Origin: Mobula hypostoma
Lineage: Eukaryota
Length of the DNA: 64,000 nucleotides
Assembly: GCF_963921235.1 (NCBI RefSeq)
Contig: NC_086109.1
Coordinates: 14,262,001-14,326,000, forward strand
Reading direction: 5' to 3'
The position numbers and the translations under genes are program-made. Below, in pieces: positions 1-13,077 of this stretch; within the stretch, counting starts at the first letter, position 1; every line of letters begins with the position of its first letter. Below the pieces are notes generated by a model that was not told the origin of the DNA, did not search any database, and worked only from the letters and a program-made list of their open reading frames with translations.

Positions 1-227
1 GCAGAATCTGTTGTGTTTGCGATCAACTACTGGAGAGCTCACCCAGTCTATCAAATACAGAATTGAGGAAAGGCAGCGGTCAAACAAAAGTGCCCCATTG
101 TTTTCTTGTGAACACTACTTATGCACGTAATGTCGACGCTGGAATGTGTCGCGATACTTGTGGGCTGCCCACAGCACGTGGTTGTCAACGCAAATGATGC
201 ATTTTACTATATGACTCAAAGAAAAGT

Positions 228-580
228 TCACAAAAATGATTCCAGGATTGAAAGGCTTCTCATATAAAAAGCGTTTGATAGCTCTGGGCCTCATTGAAAC
301 CTATTGAATGTTGAAAGGCCTCGAAAGAGTGGATGAGGAGAAGATGTTTCCTATGCTAGGAGAGTCTAATACCAGAGGACACAGTTTCAGAATAGAGGGG
401 TGTCCTTTTAGAATGGAGATTAGATTCTTGATTAGTCAGAACATGAAGAGATACGGAGAGAAGCCTGGAGATTGGAGTTGAGAGGGGAAATGGATCAGCC
501 ATGATGAAATGGTGGAGCAGACTCGATGGGCCAAATGGCCTAATTCTGTTCCTATATCTTATGGTTTTATGGTCTTATGG
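228..580 (+). mobile_element. CR1 LINE 3' fragment
   Basis: Degenerate RT C-terminus (aggttcacaaaaatgattccagga-like, accagaggacacag) ending in a (tctta/tggt)n tail; same family as the CR1 3' ends at ~16340 and ~59350. Confidence 0.7.
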
Positions 581-1554
581 TTTCTCGATGTACACTTGAT
601 AAATAAACTTGAATCTTGAAATAGTCCTGTTTGATTATTTAATGCCTCAGGTTAATACTGCATCATGAGCCCTCTGCTGGTGTAAAAACAAATTAATATT
701 AGCCCAGAGAAAGAAGAAACCTCGTCACATGTCAATGGATGCTTGAGTCAAGATCTAAGCTTGACTCAAAGCAATAAACCAATAAACAAACCAATAAACT
801 CTTGGCAATGACTTGAGAGAGAAGGAAACAATTAACATTTAACTAGGCTCCTAAAAAACATTAAGCTCAACAAGTATCAAAATATTCAAAACTATTTTGA
901 AGTAAAGGAAAGCGCTGGTTATTTTTTTGTACTACAGCAGTGTTTTCTTTGGCAGGTGACGGGATTCCACGTTGTTGGTTGAGGGACACCTCCTTGCTCA
1001 GGTATTAGATGAACCCCACCCCCCCCTTTGAATCAACAACGTGGGAACTTCTGCATCCTCCCGAGGTGGTGGGGAGCATTTCGGCTGACGTTCCATACAT
1101 CTGGTAGTGCTAGTGCCTCTCAGTACTGCACCGATGTGTTAACTTGGGATTAGGTGCTTAGCTCTTAATATCATGTTCATAGAGTCATGGAGCACTACAG
1201 TACAGAAACAGGCCCTTCGGCCCATCTAATCCTTGCCAAACCATTACTCTGTTCATTCCCATCGACCTGCACCTAGACCATAGTCCTCCATACTCCTACT
1301 CTCCATGTACTTGTCCAACTTTCTCTTAAGTATTGAAATCAAACCCGTATCCACCACTTCCATTTGTTCCACTCTCTCAACACCCTCTGACTGAAGAGGT
1401 TCCCCCTCATCTTCCCCTTAGATATTTCACCCTTAACACATGACCTCTTGTTCTAGTCTCACCCAACCTCAGTGGAAGAAAAGCTTGCTTGCATTTACCC
1501 TATCTATACCCCTCACCATTTTGTTCCTCCTGGCCTTGAGCACGGTAAGAGAAT

Positions 1555-1945
1555 GTTAGAGCAGGAAAGAGAAAGTGATGGACTGAAATAATTGAGGAAG
1601 AGAGAGGGGAAAGCAGGGGGGGCAGCACGGGGAATGGAGAGGGAAAGAGGGAGATAGAAAGAGACGGGGAAGGGGGAGAGAGAGAGAAAGAGAAGGAAAG
1701 AGAAAGTGAGAGAGAGGAGGAGTTGAGAGAGAATAAGAGAGATGGGACAGAGAGGATAAAGAAAAAGAGACAAGGGAAAGAGAGGACATATAGAGTGAAA
1801 GAAAGAGACAACAAAAAAGGCAGTATCATGACCGGGAGAGAAAGATAAAGCAAGAACAAGATAGGAAGAGTGACAAGGAAGATATTCAGACATAGAATAA
1901 GTAAGAAAGAGAAGACTGTGAGGAAAAAAATCCAGAGACTGAGAG
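1555..1945 (+). repeat. Purine-rich (GA/GGA) low-complexity tract
   Basis: About 390 bp strongly A/G-biased on the + strand; explains the S/L/F/P-rich minus-strand ORFs. Confidence 0.85.
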
Positions 1946-3904
1946 AATATGCAGCAACACACACAAAACGCTGGAGGAACTCAGCAGGTCAGGCAGCATC
2001 TGTGGAAGAGAGTAAACAGTCGATGTTTTGGGCCAAGACCCTTCTCTTGAGAGAATATGGTTTGAATTGACAGGGCATTTCAGTGACTGTGGAACATCCA
2101 CATCAGTTTAGGAGGTCCTGTCATTTTATAGCCAATCTTTTTTTTTCATGTTTCAGGGCTCTTATTCATTGACAGTTCAAATGATTTGATTCAAAATAAC
2201 ATCCAATTATCTCCATGCAGCAAGAACTCCTGAAATAATTTATCTTTCTCAATATGAGTCGTCAGACAATGAACAAATGTCTACAGGCAATACTGGAAGA
2301 AAAGTCAGAGTATACAGCATCCAAGGATGCTGAATGCAAAATTCCAAGCCCAAGGCATGATCTGTGTCCAACAGCATGTTGGGTGACTCCATAGCCTTCT
2401 CTTAGAATCAGTTGTCTCGTGTCCAATGCAAGAGGTACAAGAAGGTAGAAGTGGAAACTCAGGAGCTCAGTGGACAGGATTCCATGGTCACTTGGTGTCC
2501 CTGACTGCCAGAGAGCAGGGAATCTGTGATATGTTACTCCATTACCTCCACGTGGAAATAATAGTCCAAGTAACACAGTAGGGACAATAGAACTCAAAAT
2601 ATTGTGCTTTTATTTATTTACAAGGACAACACTGGCAGAGCCAACATTTATTCTAACTGGTTGCATCATCATCTAGCATGCACAGGATCAGAAAAAGCTG
2701 TAGAGGGTTGTAAACTCAGCCAGCCCCATCACAGGCACTGACCTCCCCAGCATCGAGGACATCTTCAAAAGGCAATGCCTCTAAAAGGCAGCATCCATCA
2801 TTAGGGACCCCCACCACCAAGGACATACTCGCTTCTCATTGCTACCACCAAGGTGGAGGTACAGAAGCCTGAAGACACACACTCGATGTTTTAGGAATAG
2901 TTTCTTCCCACTTGCCATCAGATTTCTAAACAGATTATGAACCAACCACGAACACCATCTCACTATTTTTAATCTATTTTGCAGTACTTATTAACAGCAC
3001 ACACAAAATGCTCAGAAGTCAGGCAGCATCTATGAAAAGGAATGAAGAGTCTGCTTTTCAGGCCAAGACCCTTCGTTAGGACCTTTCACAACATATGTCA
3101 GTGATAATAATCCAGATTCCGATTGTCTACTTTAATTACACTTGGGGCTGCTCAGGGTCAATCTCTCCACTGTGACTCTCAAGTTACATATAAATTTGGG
3201 TGGGGGGGTGTGAGGGAACGGACTTGTATTCTGATGGTTGAATGAATGGTTGATAGTCCTTTTGCGGAACTTAAAAAATATGTAGCAGGTATTTTAGTTG
3301 GACTGCTTTCTGCAGCTTTTGTCATCAAATTGTAGAAAGGACATGGTTTCACTGAAGAGGATGCAGAGGAGAATTACCAGGATGTTGCCTGGTATGGAAC
3401 ACTTCAGATGTGATGGTGATCCAGATAAGCTGGGTCTCTTTTTCTCAGCTTGAGGAAAATCTGACTGAGGTATCTAAGTTCTAAAGGGTAGGTAATTGGA
3501 TCATTTTCCTGACAACAGTGATGTCTAAAACCAAAATGCAGAGGTTTAAGGTGACAACCAAGAAGGTTAGAAAAGATATAAGGAAAAATATTTTCACCCA
3601 GAGAGTAGCTACAAACTAGAGCATGTTGCCTGAGAAGATGGTGAATGCAGGTACTCTCACAACATTTAAAAATTATCTGGATAACCACTTGAATTGCCAA
3701 GACATAGAGTACTGTGGACCAAGTGTAAATAATGGGTAGTATAGGTGGGTAATTAATTGTGTGCTGAAGGGCCTGTTTCAAGTCTGTATGACTTTGCGTT
3801 GATGACTAACTCAGATAATGTGCCATATGAACATGGGCAATTGTTGTGACATTGTTGAGGGGAACAAAGGGGGTCCTGATGTTGTAGAGACCTTTGTTAA
3901 CACT

Positions 3905-4130
3905 CAAACACACACAAAATGCTGGGCAAGTTCAGCAACCAGGCAGCATCTATGGAGAGGAAAAAAGCAGTTGACGTTTTGGGCCGAGACCCTTGAGTCC
4001 TGATGAAGGGTTTTGGCTGGAAATATCAACTGTTTATTCTTCTCCATGGATGCAGCCTGACTTGCTGAGTTCATCCAGCATTTTGTGTGTGTTGCTCTGG
4101 ATTTCCAGCAACTGCAGAATCTCCTGTGTT
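3905..4130. mobile_element. Penelope-derived fold-back (inverted pLTR) repeat
   Basis: Arm cacacaaaatgctgg...gcagcatctatgga...gagaccctt followed by its reverse complement aagggtttt...tccatggatgcagcctga...cagcattttgtgtgt; hammerhead-like core at 3995-4032. Confidence 0.7.
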
Positions 4131-4402
4131 TAGGTCTTGCTGACACAGAGTACAGTAATTCCAGCAGGCAAGTGAAATGGGAAGATTAGCTCTGGACATT
4201 TTTGATGCACTGAAGTAAAGGCTGGTGCACTGCTAATATTTTACAATATGATACCACTTGCTACTGCTATATTAAATAATGTTGATATTATCCAAGATCT
4301 TGAATACCCTTTTGATATAATTTCATGATATCTAAGATTAGAAGGAATATGATTGGAAACTTGCTTGAATAAAGTTAAATAATAAGTGATGTATATTTTG
4401 AT

Positions 4403-6847
4403 CATCATCATCATCATCATCAGGTGCCATGCCCATTTTGAGCTTTGACTGCCATGGGCAACACACTCCTGTTTCGGGTCAAGTGGATCAATTCATTGGT
4501 ATTCATTTCCAGTTCTCTGGCTGCTGTCTCCATCATCATTTGTCTTTGTCTTCCTCTTGCTTTCTTCCCTTCAATCTTTCCCATAATTACCGTGCATTCT
4601 AACTCCTTTTTCTTAGTCACATGGCCAATGAAGTTATGTCACCTTTTCATGATCTCATACATTATTTCTTTTTTAGTGTTTGCTCTGTTCATGACATCCT
4701 CTTTAGATATTTGTTTCATCCGTGATATTTGCATCCTCCTCAAAAACCACATCTCTGCTGCTACAACTTGTTTCCTCATGTTACTAGATATTGTCTAACA
4801 TTCTGAGCCATATAACATAACTGGACAAGCATGACATTTCAGTACTCTGAGGCAGGTTGTCATGCCTAGTTTAGTACTGGTCAGTATACTCTTCATTCTC
4901 ATAAATGTGTCTTTTGCCATCCCTATTCTTCTTTTGATGTCCATGTCGCACCTGCCATCTGATGTCACCCAGCTTCCTAAGTAGCAAAAGTTCTGTACTT
5001 GTTTTATGTCTTCCCAGTTTATTCTCAGCCTGAAGATAGGATTCTCTATCTTTTTGGATATCACCACACATTCTGTCTTTTTCCAATTGATAGATAGACC
5101 CATTTTTGCACTTTCTTCAACAATTCTATCAATTAAGTTTTGTAATTCTTCCTCCGTACTTGTAATTAACACAGTGTCATCTGCATATCTGAAATTATTG
5201 ATGTTTTCACTGCCAACTTTGATTCCCAAGACGTCTCTTATTTTTTGTAATATTGTTTCATTGTACACAGTAAATAAAACGGGAGAAAACACACCCTTGT
5301 CTAACGCCTCTCTTGATTTTCGTAAATTGACTCACTTCTCCATCTATTCTTACAGCAGCAGTTTGTTCCCAGGACAGATTTCTGATGAGGCAGAGGTCTT
5401 TTGAATCTAGATCTAGAGTTTTCTGTAATATTTCAAATAACTTATTGTGCTCCACTTTATCAAATGCTTTTGTGTAGTCGATAAAACAAACAAACAAATC
5501 TTTCTGCACTTGAATAGCTCATTCTGATAGTATCCTTAACATCAATATTGCGTTTCTTGTACCTTTGTCTTTCACAAAACCCCATTGTTCTTTACCTATT
5601 TCAGCTTGTATCTTACTATTAGCTCTTGTCATCAAAATTCTTAGAAGTATTTTGGTGAAATGACTCATTAATCTTATGGTCCTATGTAATTGACATTCTA
5701 TTGCTCCAAGTTTCTTAGGAAGAGTGATAAATACTGATTTTTTCATCTTTTCTGGTATTAGGAAATATTGTATCATTTCTTAATGCATGCATTACTAAAT
5801 GACAATAAAAGAGGACTGTGTGTCTTCATAATCTATTATTCCAGTCTCATAAACGTCATTGATTAAAATCAGTAGGTTTTTCAATTCCATAATCTTCAAG
5901 GGAAATAATTTGTTCTATTACTAATTCATCAGGACCTGCTGCCTTTCCTTTCTTCAACTTGTTTATCCCATTACGAACTTCAGATTTTATAATACTTGGA
6001 CCTTCAATGTTTTTCTTAATTTCTGGTTTTTCGCTTCGATCATCTTCAAACAATTCCTGAATATACTCAGTCCATCTGTTCATAATCTCACCTTTTTCCA
6101 TGATAATGGTACCGTCCTTTGCTTTCAAACATCCACCTGAAGAACAGAGGAGCTTTATACCAGTGATATTCTTGATTTATTGATGTAGCCTTTTTTGGAT
6201 CAGTAATATGGATTCTTTCTATTTGCTCACATTCCTGGTTTAACTATTCTTCTTTGGCTTTTTGACACAAGCTTTTAACTTTTTTATCTAAGGACTTCTA
6301 TTCTATAGGATTTGCTTTCTTCTGTCTCCTTTCTTCCATTAGATTTTTGATTTCATCTGTCATCCATTTATTCTTTGTGCTTTTTCTTTTTTAGGAATCA
6401 CTGACTTTGTTGATTCTACCAAGGCATCCTTTAGAGTTAAATTTCATTTCTACATGATTACTATCATCTTCAACAGATTCTATTTCTAGACTTTGAAACC
6501 TATTCCTTACTTCAATTGTAAATTTTTGTCTTTAAGTTTTCTTTTTTAATTAATTGCTAGTAATCAAGGGATTGTTCAGGTTTTTGCTTCTTTAGTATTT
6601 TAAGTTTTACTTTTACATGACATACTATTGGGTTGTGGTCACTATTACAGTCTGCACCTGGATATGTTTTGCATTGAGTCACTGAGTTTCTAAATCTTTG
6701 ATTTATAGTAATAAAGTCAATTTGATTCTAGTGTTATCACCTGGACTTTTCCAGGTCCACAAGCGTATTGGATGGGTTTTAAAGTAGGTATTCATAATGA
6801 CCTGATTATTCATCTTGCACCATTCTACCCATTTCTCACCTCCTTCA
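4403..6847 (-). mobile_element. RTE-clade LINE, 5'-truncated, frameshifted (copy 1)
   Basis: ORF fragments with RT motifs (FIDYTKAFDKV, GVRQGC, FRYADDTVL); (ATC)n tail at 4401-4421; 11-bp TSD tatattttgat at 4392-4402 and 6848-6858. Confidence 0.92.
5761..5833 (+). mobile_element. 73-bp 3'-end fragment of a non-LTR element inserted in RTE copy 1
   Basis: Absent from the paralogous RTE copy 2; flanked by a duplicated tatta (5756-5760, 5834-5838); matches the 3' end of the repeat at ~45129-45201. Confidence 0.85.
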
Positions 6848-8974
6848 TATATTTTGATATGCCCCAAATAATTGAATTGTTTGTAGAAATGTATACTCTG
6901 ATATTCAGAGTACTTTGAAACCTTTGAAACTCTCTGCATTTCGAGAAATTAAAATAAGCATCATATAAACACCTACAACAACTGTGCTGTTGGGTAGAAT
7001 TAGAACCGTTTCCTTGCTTATCAAATTCATTTGCTCATATGACTTTCTGCATAGTGAGCTTAACAAATTATGAATGAGATCCAATGGTTTCTGCAGCACA
7101 GAAATCAAGGAATTGTTTCGGGTACAATAGACTCAGATTGAACAATGATGTCTTGAAAATTAGTTTGCTTTCCTCGCGGACATCTACAGAGACTTCTTTT
7201 TCTGTAGAATTTTATCAAAAAGATTTTAAAAGGAATTGACAGTGTTCCCTGTTGTTGGAGGAGACCACAACAGGAGTTCTTGATAAAATCAGCACCAAGT
7301 TATTCAGGAGAGAAGTGAGGAGATACTCTTTGAAATTTTCCTGTTGTCAGGCACCCCACCATGTTTATAAACAACCGGAAGAGAATGGACGGTTTCTATC
7401 CTCTCTTCCCTTAGCAACCTTGTGGGATAAATTAGATGGCTGACCTAGAGCTAAGTTTTCTAATATAATCCTCTTTATTAATATTTCTCTTCAGTCTGGG
7501 GAGTTTGTGAAGATATCTGATGGAGGCATTTGAAATCATGAAGGGAGGTTTCAGACTAGCAGATTGATAGAAACGGTGCCTTTGGCAGAACATCAAGGGA
7601 TGGACAACATAAGATAAATGTGAAGAACTAAAGAACAAATGTGAGATATTTTATATGCAGTCATAGTTAGAATGTGAATGCAAAGAGGAGGGGAATAACG
7701 GGCAGATTCAATCATGAATTTCAATAAGGAATTGGTAAGGAGGCAAGGAGGTGCCTATGCAGATGGAAGAGATATTGTTTAATTTGACATTGTGTTCAGT
7801 GCAGATATCATGGTTTAAAGAGGCCTATTCCTGTGCTGTATTGTTCGATGTACTGTGGCAGGGGAAAGGAACTAACTGGATTGCTCTTGCATAGAGCTAG
7901 AATGGATTTGATGGGCAGAGTGGCCTCCATCCATAATGTAGTACTCCTGTGCAGTACATTATTTATTTTTTATTTAGAGATACAGCATGGTTACAGGCAC
8001 TTCTTGCCCAACAGGCCCGCAGGGGCCACTTACACCCATGTGACCGTTAACCTGCTAATTCATGCATCTTTGGAACATGGGAGGAAACCAGAGCACCCAG
8101 AGGAAGTCCACAAGGTTACAGGGAGAAAGTACAAACTCCTTACAGACAGCAGCGGACTGGCGCTGTAATAGTGTTACATTAACTACTCCACTGTGCTGCT
8201 CCATGATGGTATGGAACACTTCTCCCGCCAGAACAATAGCGCTCACTCAACTAGTCTTGCAACTTGAGACTGTTAGTTATTTCCAGCAAGGAATATTCAG
8301 TGGAATGAGTCCTTTATTGCCCATGTTAAATGGATGAGCCTTTAGTGTCTGTAGATTGTACCCTGTTTCTGTGACTCATTCTTCCATGAAGCCGAATCTC
8401 ATAGAAGCAGCACGACTCAGTAGCCACCCAGTGTGCATTTGGCACAGGTAACCAAGTTCAACTGTTTACCTCCAGATCCACGACATATAACTGGGGACAC
8501 AGGAGTGTGCAGATGCTGGAATCTGCAGTGATAAACAAGATGCTGGGGGGGGGGGGGGTCTGTGCGATTCAAGCAACGTCTAGGAAAAGGACAATCCAAG
8601 TTTCAGGTCAGGACTTCTCACCTGGAAGGATAGGGGGGAGAAAGACAGTGCAGAGAGTTGAGGGGAAGGGGAAAGGCCACAGTGACTAAGTGATAGAGGG
8701 ATCCAAGTGAAGAAGGCTGGTGGCTAGCTGGAGGAAGGGTTGGTCATATTGGACGGAGGCTGGGAGGTCATATTGGGAGATGCCATGGGGTTGCAGATCA
8801 TGGCATCTGATAGTGGAGGAAGGTGGAATTAAATAAGAGAGGTGGGAAGATTGGTGGCAGGAATGAATGGAAGAGGTTCGGGGTGATACTTCGATGGAAT
8901 GGGTGGAGGAGGGGAAAGAGATAGGGTGATAGGAGCCTGGGTGAAGGTAGTGCCTAGTAGTGACAGGGGTTGGG

Positions 8975-9310
8975 GTGGCATGGCAGCATAACACTTTACA
9001 GCGCCAACGACCATAGTTCAGGGTTCAATTCCCTGACACTGTCTGTAAGGAGTTTGTACGTTCTTCCAAAAACCACCTGGGTTTCCTGTGGGTGCTCCAG
9101 CTCCCTCCCACATTCCAAAGAACGTAGGGGTTAGGGTCGGGGTTAGTAAATTGTGAACATGCTCTGTTGGCGATGCAAGCGTAGTGACACTTGCAGGCTG
9201 CTCCAAGCAAATCTTCAGACTGTTTTGGTCATTGATGTAAAACGCCACATTTCACTGTGTTTCGATGCTTTGGTGCACATGTGATAAGTAGAGTTAATCT
9301 GTATCTTCAG
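8975..9310 (+). mobile_element. tRNA-derived V-domain SINE (HE1-like)
   Basis: B-box-like ggttcaattcc, then ctgtaaggagtttgtacgttct and the V-domain gggtttcctgtgggtgctccagctccctcccacattcc. Related copies at approximately 7960-8180(-), 15530-15720(-), 30860-31100(+), 34535-34830(+), 42520-42770(+), 45960-46230(-), 49735-49960(-), 56340-56580(-), 56815-56980(+), 60660-60850(+). Confidence 0.75.
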
Positions 9311-9934
9311 TAAGAACTGGGTGGATCAGAAGGAGAGAGAAAGGGGACAGAAGAGAAGCAATTTGGCTGAAGTTGAAAAATTCAATCTTCATGCCATGGT
9401 ATTGTAGACTACTCAAGTGGAATATGAGGTTCGGTTGATCCAGTTTGCCCTTAGCCCCACCCTGGCAGCAGAGGAGGCCAAGGACATACTGGTCCATGTG
9501 GGAATAGCAAGGAGAAAGAAACTGATATAAACTGGGATCTCCATAAGGCCATGGCAGATGGAGCCTAACTGGTTGGCAAACCGGTCACCTAGATTGCGCC
9601 TGGCCTCAGTAATGTCACAGAGGCCATGTCTGTGGCAATAAATGGACTCGTGGGGTTAGATTAGTGATCATCCATGAGCAGATTGTATTCGGGAGCTGGC
9701 TCTTCTTATTCCTACGGAGCCTGAGTGAATGGGGAAGGTTGTGCATGGAGAGCGGAAGGAACGAAGCTTTGAAAAGTGCCTGCTCCCCCCCCCCCAATTC
9801 TAAATGGTGTTGGCAACACTGGATATGAAAGCTGGCCCAAAATGGAAGAAAATAATTATTTCTCACTGTCCTTGGAGTATGCGCCAAGTTTTCCCAAGGA
9901 AAGTCTAGCCCAAGCAATCCCATTCTAGACTGGT

Positions 9935-10096
9935 TTAAATCGCTCTGGCGAAGCCTATCCTATTGTTCTTGTAATCAAACTCAGTGTAATATCGTCCGAT
10001 GAAACTGGCACCCAGGATCCACAGCGGGCCCCTGGGCGGGGGAAGGTCAAGGCCACTGAAGGTAACGGTGCACACCTCCTCTCCAAACTCTGATTC
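9935..10096 (-). CDS. ren: Renin exon 9 (last coding exon, TAA stop)
   Basis: Not in the ORF track. Translates ESEFGEEVCTVTFSGLDLPPPRGPLWILGASFIGRYYTEFDYKNNRIGFARAI*; acceptor cgtttacag; carries the polyproline loop and the renin-type LGA (LGD in pepsins and cathepsin D). Confidence 0.93.
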   Translation of the reverse strand, partial: ESEFGEEVCTVTFSGLDLPPPRGPLWILGASFIGRYYTEFDYKNNRIGFARAI

Positions 10097-10275
10097 CTGT
10101 AAACGAGAGCACCTCAGATTAGTCCTGTTGTTTCACAGCCCATGAGGTTTTGAACATTTTTAAAAACACCCCTTCTTTTCTGTAAACGAAGTGAAAACTT
10201 TCTAGAGCAACACACACACACACAACGTTCTGGAGGAAGCGAGGCAGTCAGGTAACATCCATGAGAACGAATAAA

Positions 10276-10313
10276 CAGTCAACGTTTCGTGCCAATACCC
10301 TTCATCGGGACTG
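10276..10313 (-). ncRNA. Degenerate minimal type I hammerhead ribozyme motif (representative copy)
   Basis: Minus strand CAGUC-CCGAUGA-A-GGGUAUUGGCAC-GAAA-CGUU-GACUG: perfect stem I, GAAA box, ACGU palindromic stem III, one core substitution. Confidence 0.6.
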
Positions 10314-10424
10314 GAAAGGAAGGGAGAGAAGCCAGAATAAGGAAGAGGAGGAGGGTGCAGATGGAATGCAAGCTAGAAGGTGATAAGTGAAACCAGGTGG
10401 GGGGGGTTGTGATGAAGTAAGAAG

Positions 10425-11180
10425 GTCATTACTATTTGAATGGTGTCAAGTTAGGAAAAGGGGAAGTACAACAAGATCTAGGTGTCCTTGTTCATCAGTC
10501 ACTGAAAGTAAGCATGCAGGTACAGCAGGCAGTGAAGAAAGCTAATGGCATGTTGGCCTTTATAACAAGGGGAGTTGAGTATAGGAGCAAAGAGGTCCTT
10601 CTGCAGTTGTACAGGGCCCTGGTGAGACCACACCTGGAGTGTTGTATACAGTTTTAGTCTCCAAATTTGAGGAAGGACATTCTTGCTGTTGAGGGAGTGC
10701 AGCGGAAGTTCACAAGGTTAATTCCCGGGATGGCGGGACTGTTGAAAGATTGGAGCGACTGGGCTTGTATACACTGGAATTTAGAAGGATGAGAGGGGAT
10801 CTGATTGAAATATGTAAGATTACTAAGGGATTGGACACGCTAGAGGTGGGAAACATGTTCCTGATGCTGGGTGAGTCCAGAACCAGAGGCTGCAATTTGA
10901 GAATAAGGGGTAGACCATTTAGAACGGAGCTGAGGAAAAACTTTTTCACCCAGAGAGTTGTGGATCTGTGGAATGCTCTGCCTCAGAAGGCAGTGGTGGC
11001 CAATTCTCTGGATGCTTTCAAGAAAGAGTTAGATAGAGCTCTTAAAGATAGCGGAGTCAAGGGATATGGGAAGAAGGCAGGAACAGGGTACAGATTGTGG
11101 ATGATCAGCCATGATCACAGTGAATGGCAGTGCTGGATTAAAGGGCTGAATGGCCTACTCCTGCACCTATTGTCTATTGA
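10425..11180 (+). mobile_element. CR1 LINE 3' fragment (RT C-terminus)
   Basis: ORFs 10436-10657 (DLGVLV...LVRPHLEC) and 10750-11184 (RRMRGDLIE...FFTQRVVDLWNALP), typical of the CR1 ORF2 end. Confidence 0.9.
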
Positions 11181-12459
11181 TTAGTGAAAAGGTAAAGGGC
11201 AGGAGAAGGAATCTGATAGGAGAGGAGACGGAACCATGGGAGAACAGGAAGGAGGAGGGGCACTGGGAAGATGATATGCAGGTGAGGAGAAAAGGTAAAA
11301 GGGGTGGGGGGGAGTTGGTAATTGAATAAGACGGAAGGGAGATGAGGTACAATTAATAGAAGTTGGAGAAATCAGTGCTGATGCCAGGTTGGAGGCTGCC
11401 CAGATGCAGAATATGAGGTGTTGCTCCTCTGACCTGAAAGTGGTTTCATCATACAGTAGAGGAGGCCATGGACCGACATGTCAGAATGGAAATGAGGATT
11501 TTCTCCAGCATTTTGTGTGTGTGTGTGTGTGTGTGTGTCGCTCCGGATATCCAGCATCTGCAGAATACCTGGTTCTTGTGATAACTTTCTAATTAGTTGT
11601 CAATATTCTGCCCTGTGGGGAGGAAGGTGGACATGACATACCCATGTTTAGAAGGAGGCTCAACATATACCCCAAGCCCATGCACTGAGATCACAATAAC
11701 AGTGACTGGAAAATGCCCAAAGCATCTCAAACATCCAACGCAAATTCCTTTTATATACGGCCTTCTGAAGGGTGGTCAGGCAAAAATGAACCAGATGCAC
11801 TTGGCATAAAAGGACAATGACCTTGAATTTGTACCATGTAGTGCAGCAGCATAATGTGCTGCACAAGAATTTAATCCAAATTCTATTCAGCTATTTTGTC
11901 TGCTGCTAGTACTCTTCCACATTCCCTGGCTCTAATATGCATGTAAAATCTATACAAGCATCACTGAAGAATCATGAGAAAAAAAATACTAAAATCCACA
12001 CGCACAGAATGCCAGAGGAACTCAGCAGGCCAGGCAACCTCTATGGAGAGGAATAAGTAGTCGCCATTTCAGGCCAGGACCCTTCATCAGGACCAGCATT
12101 TTGTGAGTTCTACTGCGGACTTTCAGCATCTGCAGATCCTCTTGTGTCTAAAATCCATACCACCTGAATCCGTCAGTTTTCAAACAAGAGAAAATCTGCA
12201 GATGCTGGAAATCCAGTCAACGTACACAAAATGCTGGAGGAACTCGGCAGGCCAGGCAGCATCTATGGAAAAGAGTTAAGTCGATGTTTCGGGCCGAGAC
12301 CCTTCAGCAGGACGGATGCTGCCTGGCCTGCTGAGTTCGTCAAGCATTTTGTGTGTCAGGTTTAGCACCTTTTACACCAAAATAAGGGCAATTATTACTT
12401 AAATCTAAGCAAGTAGTGTGCTTTGACAAGAGTACGTCGGGGTGATCCTTATTGCTGTA

Positions 12460-12674
12460 CTAGTTGTTGTTGCTCCTTTCTGCACCTTGTTTCGCAACGG
12501 GCGACAACTTTGCCCTTTCTTTAACCGTTTGCTATTATTTTTTTATGAGACTGAGTTGCTAGCTCGACGCTCAACCCAGCACGGATGGAAAGTGGGAAGG
12601 GAGACAGCCAGATTCGAACCCTGGACCATTCGCTTTAAGCTCCAGTGCAGATGCCACTGCGCCACCTGCTGGCT
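12460..12674 (-). mobile_element. tRNA-derived SINE
   Basis: Minus strand has A-box TGGCGCAGTGG and B-box GGTTCGAATC, followed by a non-tRNA body and a (CAA)n tail. Confidence 0.7.
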
Positions 12675-13077
12675 AGTGGCCGCATTGTTATTTGTTTATT
12701 ATTGTCACATGTACTGAGATACAGTGAAAAGAAGCCTGCCGGCTGGAGGACTGTCTGTTTGTGCGTGTGGGTGGTTGGGAGGTAGGAAAGGGGCTTGTTC
12801 TGCTGTTGCTTTCTCATTGCTGGCTGTGTTAAGTGTTGTTCTGCCGAACATTGTGGATACGCACTGTTGGCACCAGAAAGAGTGGCGACACTTGCGGGCT
12901 GCCCCCAGCACACCCTTGGTTGGTTGTGAACGTGAGTGATGCTCTTCACTGTGTGTTTACACGTATGTGTGATAAATAGATCAGAATCCGAATTGGATTT
13001 GTGTGTGTGCAGTCCAGAAGGATCATGCCATACCCAAATGCATCGAGGTGGTAAACAGTAAAATGGAATATGCAGCA

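Larger units (their letters stand above)
10190..11575 (-). mobile_element. Penelope-like 3' remnant interrupted by a CR1 fragment
   Basis: pLTR-type sequence with hammerhead-like motif at 10276-10313 and purine-rich segment; resumes at ~11181 with sequence similar to 54600-54910. Confidence 0.65.

Noticed and set aside
1500..1964. Hydrophobic 154-aa and 149-aa ORFs
   Set aside because: Translation artefacts of the pyrimidine strand of a low-complexity tract.
2158..2600. Possible exon of a neighbouring gene after a strong acceptor (tttttttcatgtttcag)
   Set aside because: All three frames stop early and I recognise no protein similarity.
9600..9934. Renin polyadenylation signal
   Set aside because: I saw no canonical AATAAA on the minus strand shortly after the stop, so the 3' end cannot be placed from sequence alone.
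12600..12674. tRNA genes at A/B-box sites (also 50025-50075)
   Set aside because: No complete cloverleaf or acceptor stem; the boxes are followed by SINE bodies and tails.
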